A stretch of 63,986 nucleotides of DNA, the filler included, from Octopus bimaculoides (Eukaryota), in the NCBI RefSeq assembly GCF_001194135.2. It is 7 parts of 6 records of this genome, joined end to end, with 100 filler letters (N's around TTAATTAATTAA, not from the genome) between each part and the next. Parts side by side here need not be neighbours in the genome. Positions count along the whole stretch, not along the records: positions 44,833 to 53,973 come from NC_068991.1; positions 54,074 to 60,164 come from NC_068983.1; 5 more parts are not named here. One strand, written 5' to 3'. The notes under the pieces were generated by a model, which saw only the letters and a list, made by a program, of their open reading frames with translations, was not told where the DNA came from and ran no database searches. Made by a program: the position numbers and the translations under genes. Positions 47,960 to 60,264 of the stretch are shown in pieces (position 1 is the stretch's first letter; each line of letters begins with the position of its first letter).

Positions 47960-48735
47960 ACAGTTAAATTGACAATTACATTTTGCCAAGATATTGGACT
48001 GTTACATCCTGTGAGAGTTTGTTGCACGTGTAACCGAAATATGGAATTGACAAAGTGATAAAACGAAGGAAAGTTTGAGATGGAGATGTGGAAGGCCGTG
48101 TAGAAAAGAAAAAGGTTTGAGACGCAACACATTTTTTGCCAATAGTAATCTGGACATAAGAGAAGTTTTAATGTTCATTTACTTCTGGGCATATGAAGAA
48201 AGAAAATATCAACGGGAGCTGGGATGGAATAGTAAGGCTATTTGTAATTGGAAGAATTTCCTCTGTGACATATGCGCAGAGAAACTATTAATGGATCCTA
48301 TATTACTTGGTGGCCCTGGACGAGAGGTTCAGATTGACGAATCTGTATTTACACAGAGAAAGAGGCATGTTGGCAGATTGACACCACAACAGTGGGTTTT
48401 TAGTGGCATTGATACAAGTAAGGAGTGTTTCCTTGAGGCAGTGGCAAAAAGGGATACCAACGCTCTTTTACCTGTGTTGGACAAATACGTGAGACCAGGA
48501 ACCACTGTGGTGTCAGATATGTGGCGAGCATACAGCACCATTGGTAACAGAGGACTCTAACACCTGACAGTGAATCATCAAATGAATTTCGTTGATCTTA
48601 TGACGATCCCACACTAATAGAGCCGAAAATTTGTGGATGAGAGAAAGCGGAAGAACAAGAAGGAGATTGGAACTTCACGTTTACTCCTTGGCACTTATTT
48701 GGTCGAGCTTATGTGGAGACAAAAATTCAAACATA
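47960..48735 (+). mobile_element. Merlin (IS1016/IS1595-like) DNA transposase pseudogene
   Basis: N-terminal C-x2-C..WRC-x3-C; GGPGREVQIDESVF; QWVFSG; RPGTTVVSDMWRAY; HLTVNH..NFVD; YLVELMWR. Confidence 0.88.
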
Positions 48736-49084
48736 TTCCTCAGTCGCAAACCATATATCATAATGAACTTTAAATAGATAATATTTATCTCAACAAATGG
48801 AATAGTTTTTTTTTTTTTTTGTTAAATTTTCTGTCACGGATCAGTACATCCTTACTGGGGAGTCTTTCCGTACGGTTTCGCTCTAGGACTTGTTAAGATC
48901 AGCTATAATGGAGGCATAGTACCGCACACTTCGATTGTTGACAAATATATGAGTGCATATGTTTTCTAGCGTAATTTTGCTATAGTATTAAAACTTGGAG
49001 AATGCCTACCAACACACGAAGCTCAATGAAAAGCAGATAGGATACACTGGCCCATGAGAGACTGAAATCCCTCAATCTAAATCA

Positions 49085-49530
49085 GTGCTTGACTTGGGCA
49101 TCTACATGTGTAATGATGCATCGTTATAGGTGCATACTTAAGACTCCACTTCCTAAAACGAATACGGAAAAGGTATGCGGTAATATACATGTGGAAAATC
49201 CTAGAAAAGCTTGTACAAAACTTTGACATTGTCTGTTACACGAACAGCAGGACGAGGCGCCAGTTTATAGTACAAAAAATCCCAACATTGTCATCAGGAT
49301 ACAGGACCAGATACTGCAACAGTTTGGGCTTCAAAGGTCCAGAGCTCTTTAATGTCCTCCCTCAAAGCCTGAGAGACCCGCATGGCATGAATGTAGGCGT
49401 CTTCAAAACAAAACTGGATTTCCTTCTGCCAGGAGTTTTGATTCAACCAACCTCAAGGCAAGAATCTTAGATGAGGGCAGCAATGTCAAACACCCACATC
49501 CACCAAATGTCACATATTACAGAAGGTTTA
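49085..49530 (+). mobile_element. CR1-type LINE 3' end relic
   Basis: DLGIYMCND; RYAVIYMWKILE; GFKGPELFNVLPQSLRD..VGVFKTKLDFLL. Confidence 0.75.
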
Positions 49531-49598
49531 GTGAAAGTGTAGCAAAGCAAAAGCGGTGCATTATCAGGGCTGCAGTCCTCAGGGTGAAACTAGAAAGA

Positions 49599-49629
<31 letters not shown>

Positions 49630-50099
49630 CATACATACACACATATATNNNNNNNNNNNNNNNNNNNNNNNNNNNNNNNNNNNNNNNNNNNNNNNNNNNN
49701 NNNNNNNNNNNNNNNNNNNNNNNNNNNNNNNNNNNNNNNNNNNNNNNNNNNNNNNNNNNNNNNNNNNNNNNNNNNNNNNNNNNNNNNNNNNNNNNNNNNN
49801 NNNNNNNNNNNNNNNNNNNNNNNNNNNNNNNNNNNNNNNNNNNNNNNNNNNNNNNNNNNNNNNNNNNNNNNNNNNNNNNNNNNNNNNNNNNNNNNNNNNN
49901 NNNNNNNNNNNNNNNNNNNNNNNNNNNNNNNNNNNNNNNNNNNNNNNNNNNNNNNNNNNNNNNNNNNNNNNNNNNNNNNNNNNNNNNNNNNNNNNNNNNN
50001 NNNNNNNNNNNNNNNNNNNNNNNNNNNNNNNNNNNNNNNNNNNNNNNNNNNNNNNNNNNNNNNNNNNNNNNNNNNNNNTATACATATATATATATATTG

Positions 50100-50651
50100 C
50101 AATTAATAAGAGGAAAGACCACTAAAGTGGATTCCTAATATGCTAAAGATAGACGTCAAATCGCTTTACCACGAAGAGTGTGTTCTCAAGAAAAATCTCA
50201 GCAAAAGCGCCAGAATGTAAAAGTAGGCTCTCTAACCGGTAAATTAACTGCGGTAATTTATTATCTGCAGGTTTATTTCCGGCTTCATCGCTCTAAAAGG
50301 AAGACATTTGAAAGATACACACAAATATATTTTGCAGAATTGTACACGAGTTTTCTTTCAGGTGAACGTTTCTGTGTATAGTTCTGTGAAATATGTTTTG
50401 AAATGCGACAGACTACGCTGAGGAGTTACAGATATTTGCATTTTGCATTTTGAATTATGCAAGTGTTAATAACGAAATCATTACGTAGATAATCGTTTTA
50501 TTTTGTATATTTTCATTTCTCTTGCTTATTTTTACATTCTGGCGTTTTTGCTGAGATTTTTCTTGAGAACACACTCTTCGTGGTAAGACAATTTGACGTC
50601 TATCTTTAGCATATGGGAATCCACTTTAGTGGTCATTCCTCGTATGAATTG
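50100..50651. mobile_element. MITE-like fold-back element with about 123-bp inverted arms
   Basis: 50100-50222 aligns to the reverse complement of 50529-50651 with few mismatches; no clear TSD. Confidence 0.85.
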
Positions 50652-52194
50652 TAGTATAATATCTAAATCTCCGTTTTTTTTTTAATATGCTAGACTACTG
50701 GTTTAAATTAATGCTGACTGATATCAATTTTTACCCTCATTATCTAATTACATTTATATATATTTAAACCAACTTCTGGATTTCTTTAATTCGAACTATC
50801 CAAATACTAGTAATCTGTTAAGTGAATGAAGAAAGTCGTGACTATGAAAGCATTCTGAAATGGTATTTTGTATTAAAGAAGGACAACTGTACCTCTCGGT
50901 TGTTCAAAGGTGAATGTTTTTATGACAACATTTCTGATAAACCTGCTTTCATTCAAGATTAATTTTCGTTCTTCATTCCTTGGCTTTAAAATTACTTGCA
51001 GATCGTTATGCTGGAATACCGGTTTGTGAAGACAAATTAAGACATTCTGCAATATCTTTATCGACATCACCAACATTGATTTCCGTTATGATTAGATTCT
51101 TATGCATTTCTTGTACAATCATCTGTGTTCTCTTGCAATGTCTTGGAAGTCCTAGATTTCTGCCATTTTTTTCTTTGTCTTCCTGACAAACATGTCACCC
51201 CGCGTGCTAACGTTTCTGCCAGCTCGCCTCCTTACGTATAAAAGAATATAATCACTCCGTTCTAAAGCAGTGACAAAGACTGACTCTCCAGCAAAAGAAA
51301 AACGATGAAAGAAGACAAGCATTGTTGTAGAAAAATCCAGATATTATATCTCTATATACACGAAGAGAAAGAAGGTAGTTATCAGCAAATTCAAATTTAT
51401 TTTGTTATCATTTGATATATATATANNNNNNNNNNNNNNNNNNNNNNNNNNNNNNNNNNNNNNNNNNNNNNNNNNNNNNNNNNNNNNNNNNNNNNNNNNN
51501 NNNNNNNNNNNNNNNNNNNNNNNNNNNNNNNNNNNNNNNNNNNNNNNNNNNNNNNNNNNNNNNNNNNNNNNNNNNNNNNNNNNNNNNNNNNNNNNNNNNN
51601 NNNNNNNNNNNNNNNNNNNNNNNNNNNNNNNNNNNNNNNNNNNNNNNNNNNNNNNNNNNNNNNNNNNNNNNNNNNNNNNNNNNNNNNNNNNNNNNNNNNN
51701 NNNNNNNNNNNNNNNNNNNNNNNNNNNNNNNNNNNNNNNNNNNNNNNNNNNNNNNNNNNNNNNNNNNNNNNNNNNNNAAATACCTTTCATAACGTCCTGG
51801 AGACGTGCATTTCTGTCCTAATCCATTTCTCCATATTCCCCTTCTAATTTCCTAACTCTGCTGCCGTCATCTCAGTTGTTTTTGCTCTTTTCTTCTTTCC
51901 CTTGATTCTTACTGACACCATTCTCTTTCCAGGTGTTATAAACAATCAGTATAAACAATTTGTGTATTCGATAATGTATAATGAAAGTGAAACAAATCTA
52001 GGCAAAAGTGTTAAAATAATAAATTATGCAGAATGATATGTTTGTGCATGTGTGTGGGAGAGAGAGGGAGGGAGGGAGAGAGGACGTGTGTATGTGCGTG
52101 TTTATGTGTGTGTGTGTATGTGTGTGTGTGTTTGTGTGTCTTAATTTCCTTTTCCGGACTCTTCCAATAATTCGATACCCTACCCATGTGTATA

Positions 52195-52235
<41 letters not shown>

Positions 52236-52961
52236 TGTGCGCCTCTGTGTGTGTGTGTGTGACAGAGAGAGTGTTTGTGTGTTTGAGTGTGTGTGTGTGT
52301 GTGCGCGCGTGTATATATTATGTATGTGAATACATGTAGGCATTTTGAAATGCACGAAAATGTTTGATAGGATTTAAATGAAACATTTCTTCAATACAAT
52401 TCGATCTCTACATTCCATTAACCTCAAACTTTATTTACAAACAAAGGATGATGACCTGTCAGTGACTAACTACATTTATTTATTGTCATTTATCCACACC
52501 TTCCCTTCTTAGCTACTTTCTTTCTTTTTCCTTTTTTTGTTTATTTCACACATCAACATTTACTACAACTCTACAGTACTAAAACCATTATATCCTTATA
52601 TGTACATACATATATCTGATCTCTTTATGTGTGTGCATGCATGAGTGCATGTATGTGAAATTATATGTCTGAGTGTTTGTGTGTGCGTGCGCGCGCGCGC
52701 GCGCGTGTGTGTGTGTGTTTGCGTGCGTGTAGGTGTGTCTGTATTTATTTGTGACATACTCTTCAAAATTTCCTCCGCCTAAATTCCGGTTTAAAACAAA
52801 CAACATTATCTGCTTAGGCATATTGATTTCTTCCTATTTTCTTTTTCTTTCTCTTTTTCTCTGAATTCATTTTGTCAATATTTGTACATATTTACATGCA
52901 TGTTCTTTATGTGGCTGTGAATGTACGTGTGTGGGTGAGTACATGTACATATCTGTAAGCG

Positions 52962-52997
<36 letters not shown>

Positions 52998-53069
52998 TAA
53001 GGATATTTCGTTATCATTGTTCAAAAATTTCTGAACCTAAAACTTTGGTTCCACCACGTATAAAAGAAT

Positions 53070-53303
53070 ATATATTTCTTTATTGCCCACAGGAGATTAA
53101 ACAAAGAGGGGACAAACAAGGACAGACAAAGGGATTAAGTCGATTACATCGACCCCAGTGCGTAACTGGTACTTATTTAAACGACCCCGAAAGGATGAAA
53201 GGTAAAAGCAAACTCGGCGGAATTTGAACTCAGAACGTAACGGCAGACGAAATACCGCTAAACATGTCACCCCGCGTGTTAACGTTTCTGCCAGCTCGCC
53301 TCC
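53070..53303 (-). mobile_element. SINE family A (variant 3' tail)
   Basis: Complete head and body in reverse complement. Confidence 0.88.
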
Positions 53304-53507
53304 TTACGTGTAAATGAATATAATCACTCCGTTCTAAAGCAGTGACAAAGACTGACTCTCCAGCAAAAGAAAAACAATGAAAGAAGATAAGCATTGTTCT
53401 ACCATTTCCGTAGAAAAATCCAGATATTATATCTCTATATACACGAAGAGAAAGAAGGTAGTTATCAGCAAATTCAAATTTATTTTGTTATCTTTTGNNN
53501 NNNNNNN

Positions 53508-53712
53508 CTCACCATAAAACAGCTGTTTCGACATGCGTTCATCTGCCATTCGAACAATATGGCCACACCATCTCATTTGGTTCCTCAAAATCATAGCTTT
53601 AATTGAGGTGATGCCTGTAGATGCAAGGACATCTGTGTTTGCAGTAAAAGAACTCCATTTAATTTTTAAAATTCGATGAAGGCATATTTGTTGGAATTGT
53701 TCTAACAATTAA
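53508..53712 (-). mobile_element. Second fragment of the RTE family seen at 43569-44300
   Basis: DVLASTGITSIKAMILRNQMRWCGHIVRMADERMSKQLFYGE, nearly identical in translation. Confidence 0.88.
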
Positions 53713-54073
53713 AAATACCTTTCATAACGTCCTGGAGACGTGCATTTCTGTCCTAATCCATTTCTCCATATTCCCCTTCTAATTTCCTAACTCTGCTGCC
53801 GTCATCTCAGTTGTTTTTGCTCTTTTCTTCTTTCCCTTGATTCTTACTGACACCATTCTCTTTCCAGGTGTTATAAACAATCAGTATAAACAATTTGTGT
53901 ATTCGATAATGTATAATGAAAGTGAAACAAATCTAGGCAAAAGTGTTAAAATAATAAATTATGCAGAATGATANNNNNNNNNNNNNNNNNNNNNNNNNNN
54001 NNNNNNNNNNNNNNNNNTTAATTAATTAANNNNNNNNNNNNNNNNNNNNNNNNNNNNNNNNNNNNNNNNNNNN

Positions 54074-54458
54074 ATTTTAGTAGTTCGTTTAGCGTCCAGT
54101 TAAGGATGTTGTAGCTGTAGCTTATAACTGGGACAGCTAAAGTGTTGATACCCATTATCTTGTTTTTAGCATTGAGCTCTGTTTTTAGTATTGATCTAAC
54201 TCGTCTATAGTACTCTTCCTTTATTTTTTCTTTCATTTGTGTATGTTGTATCCTATCTAGTTCATTGACTCCTAAATATTTATATGGTTGACTTTCGTCT
54301 AGTTCTCTTATTTCATTGGCTTTATCTAGTGTTATATTGCTACTTTTAACTAATTTTCCTCATTTCAGGGTTGCTTTGGCACATTTTTCTAATCCGAATT
54401 TCATATCTATTTCCTTAGTAAAGCCGTATACTGTCTGTAGTAGTGTTTCTAGCTCTTA
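54074..54458 (-). mobile_element. 5'-truncated R4/Dong-clade fragment starting at a (TAA)n tract
   Basis: ELETLLQTVYGFTKEIDMKFGLEKCAKATLK..YKYLGV..MKEKIKEEYYRRVRSILKTELNAKNKIMGINTLAVPV. Confidence 0.88.
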
Positions 54459-54467
54459 TTATTATTA

Positions 54468-54564
<97 letters not shown>

Positions 54565-54902
54565 CAGTAGCAGCAGGATTATTACGTAGAAAAATTTGGA
54601 AGAATATTAACCTGTATAATAGAATTTGATGAAGAAATGATAGCAAACCTAAATGTAGTGATACATTCCAAATGGAGAATTTCAAGCGAATGTTGTTTCA
54701 CAATCAAAGAATACACTATTCATGCATACACGCACAGAGTCGAAAACACACACATTCATAGACACACATATTCATACCCACAAAAACTTACGCATATATA
54801 CATACTCTAAAATAAACGGTCACGAATGGAATTTACAGAAAAGGAAATGGCGTGCTTAAGCTGAAGAAAATCTCGATAATGGAGACGACAAATTTATTAT
54901 TC

Positions 54903-54936
<34 letters not shown>

Positions 54937-55009
54937 NNNNNNNNNNNNNNNNNNNNNNNNNNNNNNNNNNNNNNNNNNNNNNNNNNNNNNNNNNNNNNNN
55001 NNNNNNNNN

Positions 55010-55076
<67 letters not shown>

Positions 55077-56249
55077 CCCTTTTCGCCTCCACCTTTTGTT
55101 TTCCTGATTTTGAAAGAGTTAGCTTTAATGTGGTTACTTCCCTTCCTTAAAAATCACCTTAATCAACTTACGTGTGAACTCGCTTGTTAATATTCCTAAC
55201 AATCTACCAATGTTGCCGATTATAATATGAAACCAATCTTTAAAAATAAACTGCTATAACATGAACATACAAGAGGTATTATATAATTGCGTGTCTTTGT
55301 GCATGCATTATATATATATGTATGTATATGTGTATGCGTGCGTGTGCGTGTGTGTTTTTATATATACATACACAGATACGAGAAACAAGTTAAAAATAAT
55401 GGTTATAGCATGATACCTTTATTAGAGTAAATGTGTCTTATAGCTGTTTCCAGTAGTTATTATAGGTACATTACTGATAGGTTAATCAGTAATATTTCTA
55501 TCATTACTACAGGAAACTACGGTAAACCAAATTTGCTCCAATAAAGGAATTATATGCAAATGACCATTATTTTAAACTTGTTTCATATCTATCATTCTGT
55601 AAAAACCAATTTATCGGGAGCCCATCCACGGATTTACAATATAGAATGGCGATGAATCATAACTTGGAATCCTACCAGAAGATTACTTGCGGTTCTTCAC
55701 TAATCTAATTAATATTGTTAGCCTAGTGTGCCAACAGAGAGCTTATGATAATCTCTCACTATTTGTTTATATACACCCCAGACACACACTCATACACACA
55801 TACATACACATGTGTTTATACGATGGCTGTCGACTCGTTAATGGAGTATAACTTTGCTCAATACAAGCACTGATAGAGTTCGTACACACAGGTACCGAAC
55901 CAGTGAAGAATCAACAACATGCGAACTCGCGGGTAATATGGAGTTTGAATATTTACAGTCTTAAATCACTAGAAGATGGTTAGAGATAGTCTATGTGTTA
56001 TGCGACCGAAAATGAATCTTTAGTCCAACAAGAGATTTACAAATTTCTTCACACAGACGACATGGAAATGTTTGATTTCGTTGTAAAAACTGTTGGAAGT
56101 TATTATTGTGGCATTTTATGTGCTTTGTCAGACCAGATTATGTGTGTACGTGTAAATAGATTTAGCTTGGCAATGCATGTGCTCTTGTAGAAAGGCAAAA
56201 CTCACTGTCTCCTAATATATAATATCATTATTATAGGCTCCGACATACC

Positions 56250-56357
56250 TGTGTGGTAAGTCGCTTGCTTCTCAACCACATGGTCCCGGTTTCAATCTCT
56301 CTGTGTGGCAACTTGTGAGTGGATTTGGTAGACGGAAACTGAAAGAAGCCCGTCGTA

Positions 56358-56402
<45 letters not shown>

Positions 56403-57155
56403 TTGTGTGTGTATGTGTGTGTGTGTGTGTGTTTGTGTGTCTGTGTTTGTCCTCCTAGCATTGCTTGACAACTGATGCTGGTGTGTTTATGTCCCCGTCA
56501 CTTAGCGGTTCGGCAAAAAGAGACCGATAGAATAAGTACTAGGCTTACAAAGAATTAGTCCCGNNNNNNNNNNNNNNNNNNNNNNNNNNNNNNNNNNNNN
56601 NNNNNNNNNNNNNNNNNNNNNNNNNNNNNNNNNNNNNNNNNNNNNNNNNNNNNNNNNNNNNNNNNNNNNNNNNNNNNNNNNNNNNNNNNNNNNNNNNNNN
56701 NNNNNNNNNNNNNNNNNNNNNNNNNNNNNNNNNNNNNNNNNNNNNNNNNNNNNNNNNNNNNNNNNNNNNNNNNNNNNNNNNNNNNNNNNNNNNNNNNNNN
56801 NNNNNNNNNNNNNNNNNNNNNNNNNNNNNNNNNNNNNNNNNNNNNNNNNNNNNNNNNNNNNNNNNNNNNNNNNNNNNNNNNNNNNNNNNNNNNNNNNNNN
56901 NNNNNNNNNNNATCTTGTGTGTGTGTGTCTGTATACGTGCATATGTGTGTGTGTATCTGTGTTTGTCCCCCACCGCCGTTTGACAATCGGTGACAACGTG
57001 TTTCCGTTCTCGTGACTTAGCAGTTCAGCATAAAAGACCGATAAAACAAGTACTGGGTTTAATAAGATAAGTTATGAGGTTGACTTGTTGGACTAAATTC
57101 CGTGAAGGTAGTACCACAGCATGGCCGCAGTCAAATGGTTGAAACAAGTATAAGA
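56250..57155 (+). mobile_element. SINE family B copies either side of a gap
   Basis: TGTGGTAAG A-box-like, GGTTTCAATC, GGATTTGGTAGACGGAAACTGAAAGAAGCCCGTCG, (TG)n, 3' body. Confidence 0.85.
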
Positions 57156-57894
57156 TAAAAAACAAATTAAAGATAAAATATTTACTGTTGAATAGTTGCC
57201 TTCGGGATATGGACGTAAGATCAAAAAAGTTTTAGACCGTAGTAATATCATTTAGACGAAAACTGGAATTTGAATTGAATAAATTATATTTCGAAAAAAA
57301 GTTCACAAATGTAACAGTAAAGGTTTCTTGCAATTATCAAATGTCGAAGAGCGGAAAAGTTATTAGTCTTCATTGATCCATCATTATTTGAAAATATATT
57401 AGGATATCTCATAAAACTGGGATGTTATAAAACAGGTCGATAGGTGTAAGACTTACTTAAAAGAAGTTATTCATACATGCTATCAAAAGACTGATATAAA
57501 TAAAAGCAGGGGTAGGTCGATATTATATTTTAGTTATAATAAAGGATAGAACGGTACTCGTTAATTAAACAACTAATTAATTAATGAAGTAATTAATTAA
57601 TTACTAATTAAAAAGCATGCTAGGATTTCTATTAACTATTGTTTCTTTCAAAAAGGAGTGATATAAGATATTTCCTATCTAAAGGATAACAAGATCATAA
57701 TTTACATCCGTCAGAAGTTTTTTCATTTTATGTTATGAGACACAGAGAAGGATTAATAAGCGTTATTTATTAGACGTTGCTATTATATATCACTCCGTTT
57801 TGAAATAGATGAGAGTAAATAGAAATTCTAGCTTGCTTTCTAATACGTAATTAGCAAATTAATTAATTTCTACCTTTCTATCTCTTCCCTGTAG

Positions 57895-58070
57895 AAAACA
57901 TTTGCCGCTACAGTTTATTTATCTCCGCCGTCTTTTGACGACTACTAGAATTATCAACTATTTATGAAGTACAACTTTTACACCTTTCAAAATATTTGAT
58001 ATCCTCCCAATTTTATAAGATGCTTTCGCATACTTTTTGACGATAATTAGTTTATTTAATCAATAAATTA
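57895..58070 (+). other. Possible terminal exon (unidentified)
   Basis: Strong pyrimidine tract ttctacctttctatctcttccctgtAG, stops in all frames within 25 codons, AATAAA at 58062. Confidence 0.2.
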
Positions 58071-58194
58071 ATCAGTGTTATTTATTACAAGCAAATACCT
58101 ATACACTAGCCTCGCCATTATTTTCGATTCTTTACAATCTTCAGAGACCAGCCGTCACCACTACTTCTAACAATTTAATAATATGGTTTCAAAA

Positions 58195-58905
58195 AGGCGG
58201 AGCACTTTTTGAAGTGAGTGGGGAATCAATTAAATTGACCTCAGTTCTTGACTGGTACTTATTTTATCAACTTCGAAAGGATGAAAGGCAAAGTTGACTG
58301 CGGTGGAATTTGAATTCAGAACATAAAGACGAAAGAAATGTCGCTAAGTATCTTGTCCGACTCTGACAGCTTGCCGCCTTTGACCACTTAAAATATCTTC
58401 CTGCGTCTTATTGATGATATGTGCGCAATTTAGATGAAAACCCGATATGCATCTAAAAAAAATACTGGTTTTAAATTTTGGCACAAGGACAGGCAATTAC
58501 GGGGCAAGTGGTAAGTCGATGAGATCGATCCAATGTTCAACTGGTACTTATTTTATGTACCCTAAAAGGATAAAAGGTACAGTCGATCCCAGCAGTATTT
58601 GAACTCAGAAGTAAAGTCGGAAGAAATGTCTCTATGTATTTTGTCCTGCGCACTAACGTCTCTGCCAGCTCATCCGCATTACATTTAAAAGACACTGATT
58701 TCAAATTTTGGCACAAGGCCAGCAATTTACGGAGAGAGAGGAAGTCGATTACGTCCAGCCCAGTGTTCAACTGGTACTAACTTTATCAACCTCGAAAAGA
58801 TAAAAGAAACGAAAAGACAACCCCGGCGGAATTTGAACGTGAAGACGGACGAAATGCCGCTAAGCATTTTGCTCAGCATGCTAACGATCCTGCCAGTTCG
58901 CGGTC
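58195..58905 (-). mobile_element. Cluster of three SINE family A copies
   Basis: Three successive ACTGGTACTT..GAAAGGAT(G/A)AAAGG..GAATTTGAA units. Confidence 0.85.
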
Positions 58906-59452
58906 TTGCATCTAAAAGAAATATCAATAACGATCTATGCTTACTGGAATTCCCATATAAGCACCGACCAATTTTCGATTCAATAAAACTGTAACTTTAG
59001 GCAACTTATCTACATCGAAAATATTTCGTGTCTTTCTCTCTCGGTAACTTTAAATTAAATATTAAGGGCTCTTTCAGTGAACCCTGAATTTCTAAGAAAC
59101 GACATCTTTGTGTATCCACTTCTACCTTTTTATGCATTTGTGTAACTTTTAGTTTCCTTTCTTATAATTTTCTTTTGGTATGCTGTTTAGCTTTTGTTAT
59201 TGTGCGAAGTTTTAACTTATGTACCAGGACTGTATACCTTTTGTTACGGCATTACGAGTAAAATAAAAAATAATAAAATAAATGCACTGTACTTGATAAC
59301 TTACTTGGAAAAGGATCCTTTTCCAAGTAAGTTTTATCTTAATATTACTCTGCGCACTCTTCTACTATCTCTCTCCCTCTCTTGTTCTTCATCCTTTCTG
59401 TTTTTTTCTTCCACCCTTTCCTTATTCTTCTTCTCTCCCTTCCACCGTTCTT

Positions 59453-59483
<31 letters not shown>

Positions 59484-60103
59484 CTCCTCCTCTTCCTCCT
59501 TGACCCTCTCGTCATTGACACGTGACGAAAGGGGTTCTTTCTTTCTGCCCACTGGTCTTCCTAAAGAAGAGACGTGATTTTTTCTGTTTCTTCTACTTAG
59601 CGTTCATAATAATTTTTCTATCGTCTTGACCCAACAGCCCTCACCGTTTGTTTTTACTGTAGTGTTTTTACTTGTTTTTACTGTCTTGTTCTCACTGTCC
59701 TGTTCTTGTTAACACTTTCACCCTCCGCAAAAAATTCCAAATTTTATTTAATTTGCTTTGCGGGAAGAACTGTTCCAACGAAGTTGCGTATTTCTCCTTG
59801 CCTTCGAAACGCAGAGTAGATGGACAGGGACAACTGACGAGGGGATATACTCTTTATGTTGCATGTCTCGTTTCTCTGCTTCTTTTTTTCATTGTTCAAA
59901 AAAGGTCGTTTTCTGTTTTCGTTTCTTATTGTGTTTAACGTTTTTTTAATGTCCTGTACCCATATATGCATGTATGTATACATATAGATGTAGGTATGTA
60001 CATATATGTATGGATATATGCATATATCTATATATTTATATTATTATATGATCGAACGCCACGCATCTTTTTCCAAGTAAGTTTTATATATCTCTCTCTC
60101 TAC

Positions 60104-60164
<61 letters not shown>

Positions 60165-60264
60165 NNNNNNNNNNNNNNNNNNNNNNNNNNNNNNNNNNNN
60201 NNNNNNNNTTAATTAATTAANNNNNNNNNNNNNNNNNNNNNNNNNNNNNNNNNNNNNNNNNNNN

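Larger units (their letters stand above)
51187..53973 (+). repeat. Direct duplication: 51187-51415 matches 53259-53497, and 51778-52040 matches 53712-53973
   Basis: The first block differs by a few SNPs and an 11-bp indel; the second block appears identical. Confidence 0.9.

Noticed and set aside
55993-56190. 65-aa ORF with protein-like composition after a possible acceptor
   Set aside because: Two in-frame stops lie between the acceptor and the ORF, and no motif is recognisable.
59790-59875. GAAAC..GTA..CTGACGA arrangement suggesting a type II hammerhead
   Set aside because: Stem I cannot form, and in the type I reading GAAA is missing.
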